Program-made: the position numbers and the translations under genes
In this document: positions 29,589 through 39,503 of the stretch, piece after piece
Numbering within the stretch: position 1 is the stretch's first letter
Layout: each line of letters opens with the position of its first letter
Notes under the pieces: generated by a model
What the model was told of the DNA's origin: nothing
Seen by the model: the letters and a program-made list of their open reading frames with translations, nothing else
The model's database searches: none
DNA from: an uncultured Chloroflexia bacterium
GTDB taxonomy: Bacteria; Chloroflexota; Limnocylindria; Limnocylindrales; CSP1-4
Direction of reading: 5' to 3'
DNA: 64,000 nucleotides
Assembly: GCA_963704325.1 (NCBI GenBank)
Contig: OY969885.1
Location: 1,868,293 to 1,932,292 of the forward strand

Positions 29589-30881
29589 TCAATGGGTGAC
29601 TTCGAGCAGCCGCCGCTGCAAATAGGAGCGCTCGACCTCGTTCGTGGCCAGCTCGATTGCCCGCGAATAGGCCGCTGCTGACTCGCCGCTCCTGCCAAGC
29701 CGGCGCAAGAGATCCGCGCGCGTCGAATGGAACAGGTAGTAGCCGTCGAGATCGCCCGTGGCGCCGATCTCGTCCACCACCGCCAACCCACGTGCCGGGC
29801 CGTGCGCCATGGCGACGGCCACGGCGCGGTTAAGTGCCACGACCGGGCTGGGCACGGCCACCAGCAGCAGGTCGTACAGGCGGACGATGCGTGGCCAATC
29901 GGTCTGTTCCGCGACAGGTGCGCGGGCGTGCTCGGCGGCGATGGCGGCCTGGAGCTGGTACTGGCCGGGCGCGCCCAGGAACGCCGCGCGTTCCAGGACT
30001 GCCAGTCCCTCGTCTATGCGCGCGCGGTCCCAGCGCGAGCGGTCCTGCTGCGACAGCAGCACGAGCTCGCCACTCTCCGCCTGGCGCGCGTCCCGCCGCG
30101 AGTCCTGGAGCAGGAGCAGGGCCAGCAGTCCGAGTGCCTCCGGCTCGGAGGGCATCAACGCCACCAGGACGCGCGAGAGGCGGATCGCTTCAGCGGCCAG
30201 CTCGCGTCGCACGAGCGTTGCCCCGGCCGTTGCCGAGTAGCCCTCGTTGAAGACCAGGTACAGCACGTGCAGGACCGAATTGAGGCGCCCCGGCAGGTCC
30301 TCGGCAGGCGGCACGCGATAGGGAATGCCCGCATCGTGAATCTTGCGCTTGGCGCGCACCAGCCGCTGGGCAAGGGTCGGCTCGGGAAGAAGGAAGGCCC
30401 GGGCGATCTCGGGCGTGCGCAGCCCGCCCAGCAGGCGCAGCGTCAGCGCCACCTGGGCATCGGGCGCGAGGGCAGGGTGGCAGCAGGTGAAGATCAGCCG
30501 GAGTCGGTCGTCCTCCACGGCGGGTCGGTCCATCGCCTGCTCGACCTCGGTGGCAACGTCGGGTGAATTGGCTGCAATCAGCTGGGCGAGCGCGTCGGTC
30601 TTCTGGGTCAGCCGGCGTGCGCGGCGCAGCCGATCGATCGCCTTGCGCCGCGCGGTAGTCGCGATCCAGGCGCCGGGGTTGGGCGGCAGCCCATCGCGGG
30701 GCCAGTGCTCGAGTGCGCTGATGAAGGCGTCCTGGACCGACTCCTCGGCCAGGTCGATGTCGCCGACGGCCCGGATCAGGCCGGCTACGACGCGCCCCGA
30801 CTCCTCACGGAAGATGCGATCGACGGCATCGAACGCGTGCGGACCACTGCGCCCGATGCCGCCGCCAGTGGCGTCAGCCAG
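29589..30881 (-). CDS. ECF42-type sigma factor with C-terminal TPR extension
   Basis: The frame stays open upstream of the track start: [12 protein letters not shown]...[11 protein letters not shown]...[33 protein letters not shown]. Probable CTG start at 30881. Confidence 0.92.
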   Translation of the reverse strand: MADATGGGIGRSGPHAFDAVDRIFREESGRVVAGLIRAVGDIDLAEESVQDAFISALEHWPRDGLPPNPGAWIATTARRKAIDRLRRARRLTQKTDALAQLIAANSPDVATEVEQAMDRPAVEDDRLRLIFTCCHPALAPDAQVALTLRLLGGLRTPEIARAFLLPEPTLAQRLVRAKRKIHDAGIPYRVPPAEDLPGRLNSVLHVLYLVFNEGYSATAGATLVRRELAAEAIRLSRVLVALMPSEPEALGLLALLLLQDSRRDARQAESGELVLLSQQDRSRWDRARIDEGLAVLERAAFLGAPGQYQLQAAIAAEHARAPVAEQTDWPRIVRLYDLLLVAVPSPVVALNRAVAVAMAHGPARGLAVVDEIGATGDLDGYYLFHSTRADLLRRLGRSGESAAAYSRAIELATNEVERSYLQRRLLEVTH

Positions 30882-31272
30882 CCGCCATGCTCGCTGGGAG
30901 GTCGTCCGGAACGCCCTCCTGCGGATCGGGGAAGTCGACGATCGGCCGAACCTCGATCGTGCCGCGCATCGCGCCCGGAATCTTGGCCGCCCACTTGATG
31001 GCTTCGTCCAGGTTCTCCGCCTCGACCATGTAGAAGCCGCCGAACTCTTCCTTGGTCTCGGCGAAGGGACCGTCTGTGACGAGCGTCTGGCCGTTGCGGA
31101 CGCGGACGCTGGTCGCCATCTTGGCCTCGTGCAGCGCCTCGCCGCCGCGCATCGCGCCGGCCTCAGCCACCTCGCGGCTGAACGCGTTGTACGCCTCCAT
31201 CACCTGCGCGTTTTCCTCGTCGCTCGGTGCCTCGGTCGGCGGCTCGACGTAGATCAACAGTGCATATCGCAT
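30874..31272 (-). CDS. YCII (DGPF) family protein
   Basis: [23 protein letters not shown]; GAGGAGG ribosome-binding site. Confidence 0.93.
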   Translation of the reverse strand: MRYALLIYVEPPTEAPSDEENAQVMEAYNAFSREVAEAGAMRGGEALHEAKMATSVRVRNGQTLVTDGPFAETKEEFGGFYMVEAENLDEAIKWAAKIPGAMRGTIEVRPIVDFPDPQEGVPDDLPASMAAG

Positions 31273-31362
31273 GTCTGTATGCCTCCTCAATCGGGATAGT
31301 CGGCTAACTGGTCGCCGTCATCAAGTGCAACGAACGGCGACGAGCGAAATCGACAACCACTG

Positions 31363-31719
31363 TCAGTTGGCGCCGGCGACTTCCTCGACTCTCACCTTGA
31401 TGATGGTCTCGACCATCGCCCTGGTCAGCGGCTTGGCGTCCGTGAAGCTGATCGTGCCCTTGCCGGTCACGAACGGCTCGATCTCCGTGCCGAGTGTCTT
31501 CTCGACACCGTCACTGGCCGGGAAGAGGCTGTAGTGGCTCTTGAAGGCGTCGTACGAGACCAGGAACTTCCCGTTCAGCTTGAAGCCGGGCATCTTGTAC
31601 GTGATGACCTCGTCCGCTTCCGGCGCGGCGGCGCGGATCCACTCGCGCAGCTCGCTCATGCGCGCTTGCTTTGCCGGAGCCAGTCCGGCTATGTACGAGT
31701 CCACCTCAGCGCTGCTCAT
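31363..31719 (-). CDS. DUF1801 (YdhG-like) protein
   Basis: VDSYIA, APEADEVITYKMP, HYSLFP, KGTISF. Confidence 0.85.
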   Translation of the reverse strand: MSSAEVDSYIAGLAPAKQARMSELREWIRAAAPEADEVITYKMPGFKLNGKFLVSYDAFKSHYSLFPASDGVEKTLGTEIEPFVTGKGTISFTDAKPLTRAMVETIIKVRVEEVAGAN

Positions 31720-33292
31720 CGACCTCGACGGTAGCACCGAGCGCCTCGTAGCGCGGCTTGACGATGGACACCGCCCAGCGGAAGAGCAGTGAGCCGGGCT
31801 CAGGGTCGAAGTGGACGAGTGATCGCCTCCGGTCGAGAAGCCTGCTCACCAGCCAGCGCGCTCGCAGCCGATGTGCGAGCTTGATCAGCGCCCGTTGGCG
31901 CCGGCCAATCGCGGGTCGCGCCGGAAACCTCAGCCGCGCTCCTTCGCGCGCGGCGAACGCGTTGACCACTTCAAGCGTGGCAGGTGCAAAGGCTGCCGGA
32001 CCATCTCGATGCAGTGTTGCGTTGGCCGCACGCTTGCTGATCGCGAACGAGCCGCGGGCGATGCCAGCCTCCTCCGCCAGGCGGCGCGCCACCGGCCGGT
32101 CGTAGCCGCCGCCGACGGTGAACGGCTGCATGTCGGGATCCAAAGCCATGCTGCTCATGCGTGGCGTCTGGATGGCACCGAAGTAGGGCAGGGGGAAGTG
32201 GAAGAAGTCGGTACGCAGCCGGAATTCGGTCATCGAGCAGCCGGCAACGTCGACCGGCGCCGATTGCCAGCCGAATGGCGTCGTGAACTTGTGCCACATG
32301 TGGCCGGCCCAGTAACCGGTCAGGAATACCGACCCGGCGAGTGCGGCTTCGAAGGCGGTAATGACCACGTCCTCACCCGACATTCCTGTCGCGAGGAACT
32401 CGGCCTCAGGCAGGTCCGCGCGGCTCAGATAGGCGAGCCGATCGAACGTCTCAAGCTGTAGGCCCAGCGCCGCAGCGGCCGCCATGCCACTGTCGTCCAT
32501 GGGCCGGCCGTCAGCGGCTGGCTTGGCTCGGCTGAAAGTGACGGCTCGCCGGCAGCCGAGCTGCGCGGCCACGGCGGCTGTGGCTGTGCTGTCGTAGCCG
32601 GACGACAGGGCCACGACCGATGTGCGCGGTCGTGCGTTGGCGAACACGGACTCGGTCGCCTCGAACAGACGCTGCCGATAATCGGCAAAGGAGTTGAAAG
32701 TAGGTTCACGCGGCTTGGCCGAAATGCTCGTCGCCAGGTCAAGCCCGATGACCACGTTCTCGTAGAAATAGGCCGACACCGGCTGGCCGCTGGTCGGGAT
32801 CGCGACTCGCGCGCCGCGCAGCGGTCCATCCGCCGTGTCCTGCGGGAACCATTTGAGATCGGCGGCCTGGAGGAGGATCGGCGGGTAGAGGAATCCCGGA
32901 TCCAGCTCAAGCCGGGCGCGCGTGAGCAGCCCGGCGAGCGAGTTGGAGACGAGAACCTCATCCCGGCGCTCGACGGTGTACACGGCCTCCAGGCTGTGGC
33001 TGGGGCCGACGACGACCAAACCGTCGCCCACTACGATCACGCCCGAGCCGAAGACGGTCGTTGCGCTGACCACCGACGCCAGGTCCGGATCGCCCGCCCA
33101 GGTGCCCTCGAAGACCCCGTCACGTTCGACGCGGACCGATCTGCCGCAATCGACCTCGACCGTACTGGGGCGCACCGTCGCGATCCACGCCAGCGCCGGC
33201 AGTCGGTCTGACTGCACGGTCGAAAACGTCCACACAGGCTCAGTCGTCACTTCGACCCTGGCGGCGTCGACCCTGGCGCGGTAGTCAGGCAC
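31706..33292 (-). CDS. Hypothetical protein with asparagine-synthase-like PP-loop
   Basis: VVALSSGYDS, YDRPVARRLAEEAG. Confidence 0.65.
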   Translation of the reverse strand: MPDYRARVDAARVEVTTEPVWTFSTVQSDRLPALAWIATVRPSTVEVDCGRSVRVERDGVFEGTWAGDPDLASVVSATTVFGSGVIVVGDGLVVVGPSHSLEAVYTVERRDEVLVSNSLAGLLTRARLELDPGFLYPPILLQAADLKWFPQDTADGPLRGARVAIPTSGQPVSAYFYENVVIGLDLATSISAKPREPTFNSFADYRQRLFEATESVFANARPRTSVVALSSGYDSTATAAVAAQLGCRRAVTFSRAKPAADGRPMDDSGMAAAAALGLQLETFDRLAYLSRADLPEAEFLATGMSGEDVVITAFEAALAGSVFLTGYWAGHMWHKFTTPFGWQSAPVDVAGCSMTEFRLRTDFFHFPLPYFGAIQTPRMSSMALDPDMQPFTVGGGYDRPVARRLAEEAGIARGSFAISKRAANATLHRDGPAAFAPATLEVVNAFAAREGARLRFPARPAIGRRQRALIKLAHRLRARWLVSRLLDRRRSLVHFDPEPGSLLFRWAVSIVKPRYEALGATVEVDEQR

Positions 33293-33321
33293 ACTCGCAA
33301 GATATGTGAGCAGCCGTCGCC

Positions 33322-33350
33322 TTGTCAGCCTAACGAGCGCTAGTTAGACT
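33322..33350 (+). promoter_or_regulatory. Leaderless paaR promoter with overlapping TetR/PaaR operator
   Basis: TTGTCA-17-TAGACT-6-ATG; palindrome CTAACGAGCGCTAGTTAG (33330-33347, 16 of 18 positions symmetric). Confidence 0.8.
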
Positions 33351-33356
33351 GATCGC

Positions 33357-33965
33357 ATGGTCGATACCATTCCGCGCCGACTGCAGATCGAGGAAGCCGC
33401 GTCAGCGCTCTTCCGTGAGCGCGGCTACGCCGCGACGAGCGTGCGCGACATCGCCCAGTTGCTCGACATCCAGGGGCCCAGCCTGTATGCCCATGTCGCC
33501 TCCAAGGAGGACGTGCTGTGGTCGATAGTCCTTCGCGCGGCTGATCGGTTCAACCAGCAGGTCGGCCCAATCGCTGCCTCCGATGGCCCGCCGCCGCACA
33601 GGCTGCGCGCGATGATCCGTGCCCACGTCGATGTGGTGACCGGCCAGCAGAAGGACGCCGCGGTCTTCCTGCACGAGTGGCGCTTCCTTTCCCAGGAGCG
33701 CCGGGATCAGATTGCAAGGCGGAGGGACGAATACGAGGCGCTTTTCCGTCGCGTGATATCGGAAGGAATTGTCGCCCGAGCGTTCAACCCGGTCGAGCCG
33801 CGCATGGCGGCGATGGCCATCCTGGCCGCGCTCAACGGCATTGCCACCTGGTACTCCGCCGACGGCTCATTGAGCGCTGAGGCGATCGCCGATCAGTTCG
33901 CCGACCTTTTTCTCGACGGCCTGTCCGATTTGCAGCCCAACTTCATGATGAGGACGTTCTCATGA
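33357..33965 (+). CDS. paaR: TetR-family regulator (PaaR-like)
   Basis: LFRERGYAATSVRDIA...SLYAHVASKE; coupled to paaA. Confidence 0.8.
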   Translation: MVDTIPRRLQIEEAASALFRERGYAATSVRDIAQLLDIQGPSLYAHVASKEDVLWSIVLRAADRFNQQVGPIAASDGPPPHRLRAMIRAHVDVVTGQQKDAAVFLHEWRFLSQERRDQIARRRDEYEALFRRVISEGIVARAFNPVEPRMAAMAILAALNGIATWYSADGSLSAEAIADQFADLFLDGLSDLQPNFMMRTFS

Positions 33966-34954
33966 CCGATCCGCTCTCCCTTGCTCCCATTCTTGCGCCT
34001 GAGGAAAGGCCCACGCCCGCCTTCGCGGACCCGGCGCTCTCTCACGAGGCGCGCTACGACGCGTTCGTGGAGCACGTCCACGCAGGCCTCAAGGTGGAGG
34101 CGCGCGACTGGATGCCGGACGAGTACCGGACCGGCGTGCTGCGCTTCGTGGAGATGCACGCCAATAGCGAGCTGATGGGCATCCTGCCCGAGCGCGAGTG
34201 GATCATGCGTGCGCCAACGCTCAAGCGGAAGCTGGCCCTGACGGCCAAGGTGCAGGACGAGGCCGGCCATGCCCAGCTGCTGTACCGGGTGGCTGAGGAT
34301 CTGGGCAAGCCACGCGAGCAGATGTACCAGGACCTGCTCGACGGCAAGACCAAGTTCCACAACGTCTTCCACTACCCGACCAAGTCGTGGGGCGACGTGG
34401 GCATCATCGCCTGGCTGGTGGACGCAGCGGCGATCGTTGCCCAGCAGGCGCTGCGTGAGTCCAGCTACGGGCCCTACAGCCGGACGATGAAGAAGATCTG
34501 CTGGGAGGAGTCGGTCCACATCATGCACGGCCGCGACGTGGTCGTGACGATGATGAACGGCAGCCAGATGCAGCGCGACATGGTCCAGGAGGCGCTCGAT
34601 CGCTGGTGGGGGCCGCTGATGCAGATGCACGGCCCGCGGACGGATCCGGCCAAGGACCGTGACCTGTACTGGCGCATCAAGGAGAAGACCGGCGAGCAGC
34701 TGCGCCAGGAGTTCCTGTCTACGTACGTGCCGCGACTGTGGGAGATCGGGCTGTTCCCGCCCGACACGGAGCTGCGCCTGGACGAGGCGAGCGGCGAGTG
34801 GCGCTACTCCGAACCGGACTGGCAGGAGCTGCGCACGGTGGTCACCAACAACGGGCCGAAGTCCCAGGAGCGGCTCGCCTTCCGGCGGCTCAACCACGAG
34901 CAGACGGCATGGGTGCGCGACATGATCCTTGTCGCCCCTGCGGCCGCCGCATGA
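33962..34954 (+). CDS. paaA: Phenylacetyl-CoA epoxidase subunit A
   Basis: HANSE, APTLKRK, KVQDEAGH, EESVH, ALDRWW. Confidence 0.95.
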   Translation: MTDPLSLAPILAPEERPTPAFADPALSHEARYDAFVEHVHAGLKVEARDWMPDEYRTGVLRFVEMHANSELMGILPEREWIMRAPTLKRKLALTAKVQDEAGHAQLLYRVAEDLGKPREQMYQDLLDGKTKFHNVFHYPTKSWGDVGIIAWLVDAAAIVAQQALRESSYGPYSRTMKKICWEESVHIMHGRDVVVTMMNGSQMQRDMVQEALDRWWGPLMQMHGPRTDPAKDRDLYWRIKEKTGEQLRQEFLSTYVPRLWEIGLFPPDTELRLDEASGEWRYSEPDWQELRTVVTNNGPKSQERLAFRRLNHEQTAWVRDMILVAPAAAA

Positions 34955-34974
34955 CGCTGGCTGACGTCGCGTGG

Positions 34975-35042
34975 CTCGTTCGCGACGCGCCGGCACGTCG
35001 CGGGCTCGTTCGCGACGCCTCGGCGCGACTCGTTCGCGACGC
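34975..35042. repeat. Three direct copies of CTCGTTCGCGACGC
   Basis: Copies at 34975, 35005 and 35029 inside the paaA-paaB spacer. Confidence 0.85.
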
Positions 35043-35267
35043 GCGGAGCCTGCCTGACGCGCGACTTTTCAACGTCAGTGAACACACTGCCATGCGCGCG
35101 AGCACTTCGAGCCAGAGACGGGCCGCGCTGGCCGCCTCAGCTTCCGTTGCGAGTCACCTCTGTGACTCAAATCGGGGCGCGGGCATGGCAAACGAGGTTG
35201 CGCGCACGGCCAGACCGGCACTGGGTGTCGCGGGACGCTGGACCTGCTCACTCGCAGTGAAATCCTG

Positions 35268-35756
35268 ATGACGAAGCAGGAATCTGCGACGCCCGCGCCC
35301 GAAACGCCCGCGCCCGAGACGCCCGCGCCTGCCGCGCCTGCGCCTGCCGCGCCCACGTCGGCCCAGCCACCCAAGCCGGAGGGCCGCATTGCCGAGGAGG
35401 GTCGACTGGGGGAGGGCGCCGACCCGGACGTGTGGGAGGTGTTTCGCCAGGAGAAGGACGGCGATCCGCTGCGTCATGCGGGCAACGTGCGCGCGCCGGA
35501 CCGTGATCTGGCCGTGGACTACGCGCGCGAGCTGTACAGCCGGCGCCAGGAAAGCGTTCGACTCTGGGTCGTGCCGCGCTCGGAGATCAGCGACCTTTCC
35601 GATCCCGACCTGCTCCAGCCGCCGCTCGATCGCTCGTTCAAGAAGCCCGGTGGCTACGTGATGCGCGACAAGCTCGAGGTGGCCAAGCAGCGCGCGGCCG
35701 AGGCGAAGCCGAAGGAGCGGACCGCGGAGCGGACCACGGAGACGACCGACAAGTGA
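35268..35756 (+). CDS. paaB: Phenylacetyl-CoA epoxidase subunit B with Pro/Ala N-terminal extension
   Basis: WEVFRQ, HAGNVRAPD, YSRRQESVRLWVVPR. Confidence 0.9.
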   Translation: MTKQESATPAPETPAPETPAPAAPAPAAPTSAQPPKPEGRIAEEGRLGEGADPDVWEVFRQEKDGDPLRHAGNVRAPDRDLAVDYARELYSRRQESVRLWVVPRSEISDLSDPDLLQPPLDRSFKKPGGYVMRDKLEVAKQRAAEAKPKERTAERTTETTDK

Positions 35757-36589
35757 CCACCGAGGCCCGACGCCCGACTCGCCAGCTGATCCAGCCCGAT
35801 GTCCCGCAGTTCGACCTTCGGACACTCAGGCCGGAGGCGCGCGACGCGCTGACCGGCCTCCTGCTGACGATGGCCGATGACGAGTTCGTGATCGGTTTCC
35901 GCGACTCGGAATGGACCGGCATAGCGCCCATGCTTGAAGAGGACGTGGCCTTCAGCTCGATCGCCCAGGACGAGATCGGCCATGCCCGGGTCTGGTACGA
36001 GATGCTCGCCCAGCTCACCGGCGGCGACGCCGATCGCCTGGCCTTCCATCGCGAGCCGCACGAGTACCGCCACGCACGGTTGATCGACCAGGAGCGACAG
36101 GGCTGGGGCTACACCATCACCCGCCGCTGGCTATACGACACGGCCGACTCGGTCCGCCTCGCGGCACTTGCCAACTCGTCGTTCGAGCCACTGGCCGAGG
36201 TGGTCGCCAAGGTCCGCCGCGAAGAGCGCTACCACCTGATGCATCTCGACAAGTGGCTTGAGCGGCTGGCGGCACGGCAGGGCATGCCGCGCGGCAAGGT
36301 CCTTTCCGCGCTCAAGCAGCTTGGGCCAATGGCATTGTCGGTCTTCACGCCACTCCCCGGTGAGGAGCGGCTGGTCGACGCGGGCATCATCGCCGCGCCC
36401 ATGTCAGAGCTTGCCGATCGGTGGCTTGCGACGGTCAATCCGCGGCTCACGGAGCTGCGCCTGCGCTCAATCGCCGAGGGCACCCCGCCGGCGGATGGTC
36501 GGGATCACGCCGTTCCCTCGGCCGCCTTCACCGCGCTGTGGGCAGATTTCACGTCCGTCGCGCGGCTGGAGGAGGGCGTCGAGTGGTAG
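35753..36589 (+). CDS. paaC: Phenylacetyl-CoA epoxidase subunit C
   Basis: ADDE, SEWTGIAPMLEEDVA, DEIGHAR, EERYH. Confidence 0.93.
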   Translation: MTTEARRPTRQLIQPDVPQFDLRTLRPEARDALTGLLLTMADDEFVIGFRDSEWTGIAPMLEEDVAFSSIAQDEIGHARVWYEMLAQLTGGDADRLAFHREPHEYRHARLIDQERQGWGYTITRRWLYDTADSVRLAALANSSFEPLAEVVAKVRREERYHLMHLDKWLERLAARQGMPRGKVLSALKQLGPMALSVFTPLPGEERLVDAGIIAAPMSELADRWLATVNPRLTELRLRSIAEGTPPADGRDHAVPSAAFTALWADFTSVARLEEGVEW

Positions 36590-37140
36590 CCCAGCAGATC
36601 GCCACGCGGCGGGTCGCCACGCAGCAGATCGCCACGCACCCGGCCGCGCGCCCGCTCGAGTCGGCCGTCTGGGCGGCCCTCCACGACGTGCACGATCCGG
36701 AGATACCGACCATCTCGGTGGTCGATCTCGGCGTCGTGCGTGGCGTGCAAACCGGCCCGGGCAGTGTCCGGGTCGAGCTGCTGCCCACGTTCGTGGGCTG
36801 CCCGGCGATCGAGGTCATGCGCTCATCGGTTGAGGATCGGCTGCGCCAGTTCGCGGACGACGTGAGCGTCGAGATCAGCTTCGCGGAGCCCTGGACCAGC
36901 GAGCGCATCACGCCCGAGGGCCGTCGCGCGCTGCGCGCTTCCGGCTTTGCCCCGCCGCCGGCAGCAGCTCCGGGCCAGGACCGCGAGCTGTCCATACTGC
37001 CGCTCATGCCCGTCGCCGATTGCCCATACTGCGGATCGCGCAATACGACGCTGGAGAATGCGTTCGGCCCAACCCAATGCCGCGCGATCTATCACTGCGC
37101 CGATTGCCGCCAGCCGTTCGAGCAGTTCAAGGAGGTCTGA
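36583..37140 (+). CDS. paaD: Phenylacetyl-CoA epoxidase subunit D
   Basis: DPEIPTISVVDLG, PTFVGCPA, CPYCGS, CADCRQPFEQFK; three 15-bp tandem units at the 5' end (36592-36636). Confidence 0.93.
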   Translation: MVAQQIATRRVATQQIATHPAARPLESAVWAALHDVHDPEIPTISVVDLGVVRGVQTGPGSVRVELLPTFVGCPAIEVMRSSVEDRLRQFADDVSVEISFAEPWTSERITPEGRRALRASGFAPPPAAAPGQDRELSILPLMPVADCPYCGSRNTTLENAFGPTQCRAIYHCADCRQPFEQFKEV

Positions 37141-37508
37141 TGCCGATCCGCCACAGGTTCGCGCTGGGGCTGACCGGCGTGAGCGTCACCGGCCTGACCA
37201 CGTTCGGTGCGCTGGCCATGGCCGAGCCCACCCCGCGCTCGATCGATGTCGTCGTGCTGTGGCTGTCCGGTCTGCTGACGCTGGGTCTGCTGCTGACCTG
37301 GATCTTCGTCCCGCGCCTGCCGCGCTGGATCGCGGCCGGCTTTGGGCTGATCCTGCTCGCCACCGGCCTGGGCGTGATCATCACCGTGCCCGTGCCGGCC
37401 GGCGCGGGGACCGTCCCGTGGGCCCTGATCGGGCTCATCGTCGCCGGTTTGGCGATCATCATTGCCACGCTGGCCCACGGCTCGGACGAGGTCAAGCCGA
37501 TCGCCTGA
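37140..37508 (+). CDS. Small four-helix membrane protein
   Basis: TGATG coupling to paaD; four hydrophobic segments. Confidence 0.65.
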   Translation: MPIRHRFALGLTGVSVTGLTTFGALAMAEPTPRSIDVVVLWLSGLLTLGLLLTWIFVPRLPRWIAAGFGLILLATGLGVIITVPVPAGAGTVPWALIGLIVAGLAIIIATLAHGSDEVKPIA

Positions 37509-37570
37509 AGTTCGCTTCGCGCGGTCGCGGGTTCTTGGCTATCCTCCGCCACCACGAGGAGGAATAAAGA

Positions 37571-38617
37571 ATGAGCATCATCCGACCCTTCGCCCTGGCG
37601 GTCACGGCCATCGCGATGGCTGCCTGCGCGGCCCCCGCGGCCACGCCAACCACCGCTCCCACGGCCACCAGTGCGCCGTCGGCAAGCGCGGCGCCGACCG
37701 CGAGTGCCGCCCCGACCGACGCCCCGACTGAGACCCCGACCGAGGCGCCTACGGCGTCGCCGACCGAGGCACCTCTTGCCTGCGGCCCTGACAGCCCGCA
37801 CCTCAAGAACCCCGGCCGCCTGACGCTGAGCACGGACATCCCGGCCTTCCCGCCGTGGTGGGGTGGCGACGCGGCCGAGCAGTACGACAACGAGCCGGAC
37901 GGCGGCTCGGAGTGGAGCACCGCGGACTTCAGCGCTGAGCCGTATTCCGGTGAAGGCCTCGAGAGCGCGACCGCCTACGCCATCGCCGACGCCCTCGGCT
38001 TCGGCGCCGACCAGGTCGACTGGCTGGCCAACGCGGTGTTCGAGCAGGCCTTCGCGCCGGGCGCCAAGCCGTTCGACTTCCACATGGCCCAGATCTCCAT
38101 CCGGCCCGAGCGGGCCGAGGCGGTCGACTTCAGCGATCCGTACTTCGACGCCAACCAGTCGATCCTGGCGCTGAGCTCGAACGCGATCACCGGCGCTGCC
38201 TCTGTCGCAGACCTCAAGGAGTTCAAGCTCGGCGCGGCGGCCAACACGACCAGCTTCGAGCTGATCGACAGCGTCATTCAGCCGACCCAGGAGCCGGGCG
38301 TATACCCGGACAACACGGCCGCGCTGACGGCGCTGCGCAACGGCCAGGTGGACGGCCTGATCGTCGACGTGGGCACCGCGTTCTACATGCGTGACGCTGA
38401 GCTGGAAGATTTCGATACGCCCGATCCGGAGGGCAAGATCGTCGGCCAGTTCGGCGAGGGCGTGCAGGTCGACCAGGTCGGCGCGGTGCTCGCGAAGGAC
38501 AGCCCCTTCACCGACTGCGTCAACCAGGCGCTGGCGCAGCTGCGCACGGACGGCACCCTGGACGCCATCCTCGACGAGTGGATCGTCAGCGGCCAGGAGA
38601 TCCCGTTCCTGGAGTAG
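37571..38617 (+). CDS. Polar amino acid ABC substrate-binding lipoprotein
   Basis: GAGGAGG ribosome-binding site, MAAC lipobox, PAFPPW, VDFSDPYF. Confidence 0.9.
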   Translation: MSIIRPFALAVTAIAMAACAAPAATPTTAPTATSAPSASAAPTASAAPTDAPTETPTEAPTASPTEAPLACGPDSPHLKNPGRLTLSTDIPAFPPWWGGDAAEQYDNEPDGGSEWSTADFSAEPYSGEGLESATAYAIADALGFGADQVDWLANAVFEQAFAPGAKPFDFHMAQISIRPERAEAVDFSDPYFDANQSILALSSNAITGAASVADLKEFKLGAAANTTSFELIDSVIQPTQEPGVYPDNTAALTALRNGQVDGLIVDVGTAFYMRDAELEDFDTPDPEGKIVGQFGEGVQVDQVGAVLAKDSPFTDCVNQALAQLRTDGTLDAILDEWIVSGQEIPFLE

Positions 38618-38639
38618 TTGCTGATCGGTTGGTAGTCGC

Positions 38640-39503
38640 ATGAGCGGGGTCGCGCCCACGACCCCGCCAGAGCTGCTGGGCAGCCGAAGCTCACGGCTGA
38701 TCGGCCGCCTCAGGCCGAGCGGCGTGCTGGTCGCCTCCCTGAGCACGCTGGTCGTCTTCGGGCTGATCGGCTATGCCGTGCTCGCATCGCCCGGCTGGCC
38801 GCTCGTGCAGCGCACGTTCTTCAGCGCCAGCCACTTCGCCAGCTCGTTCCCGGACCTGGTTGCGGCGCTCTGGAAGAACATCCAGCTGTTCGTCCTGGCG
38901 GAGGGCTTCATCCTCGTCTTCGCCATGCTCCTGGCGGTCATGCGCAGTCTGCCCGGGCCGGTCTTCTTCCCCTTCCGACTGATGGCCGTGGTCTACGTCG
39001 ATCTCTTCCGTGGCGTGCCCAGCATCCTGGTCATCTATCTGCTCGGCTTCGGCATTCCCGGCCTGGGGCTCGAGGGCGTCACCAACGACGCCTTCTTCTG
39101 GGGCCTGGTGGCGCTGGTGCTGGTCTGGTCGGCCTACGTTTCGGAGGTCTACCGCGCCGGCATCGAATCGATCCACCCGTCGCAGGAGGCCGCGGCGCGA
39201 TCGCTCGGCCTGTCGCGCGTCCAGGGCCTGCGCCACGTGGTCATCCCGCAGGCGGTGCGGCGCGTGATCCCGCCGCTGCTGAACGACTTCATCGGCCTCC
39301 AGAAGGACACCGCGCTGGTCTCCACGATCGGCGTGATCGAGATCTTCCGGCGCGCCCAGATCGAGGGCGGAGCGGCCTTCAACTTCACCGCCCATGTCGC
39401 AACCGGGCTGATCTTCCTGATGATGACCATCCCCACCGCGCGCTTCGTCGATTGGCTCAGCGCCCGCTCGCGCCGGCGCCAGCTTGCCGGTGTGGCCCGA
39501 TGA
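38640..39503 (+). CDS. Polar amino acid ABC permease
   Basis: FRGVP, AYVSEVYRAG, EAAARSLG, QKDTALVS. Confidence 0.92.
   Translation: MSGVAPTTPPELLGSRSSRLIGRLRPSGVLVASLSTLVVFGLIGYAVLASPGWPLVQRTFFSASHFASSFPDLVAALWKNIQLFVLAEGFILVFAMLLAVMRSLPGPVFFPFRLMAVVYVDLFRGVPSILVIYLLGFGIPGLGLEGVTNDAFFWGLVALVLVWSAYVSEVYRAGIESIHPSQEAAARSLGLSRVQGLRHVVIPQAVRRVIPPLLNDFIGLQKDTALVSTIGVIEIFRRAQIEGGAAFNFTAHVATGLIFLMMTIPTARFVDWLSARSRRRQLAGVAR

Noticed and set aside
31706-33292. Lasso peptide cluster
   Set aside because: No B1/B2 proteins or precursor ORF next to the PP-loop gene.
34975-35042. Possible mini-CRISPR array
   Set aside because: The repeats are 14 bp with 16- and 10-bp spacers, far too short, and no cas genes are present.
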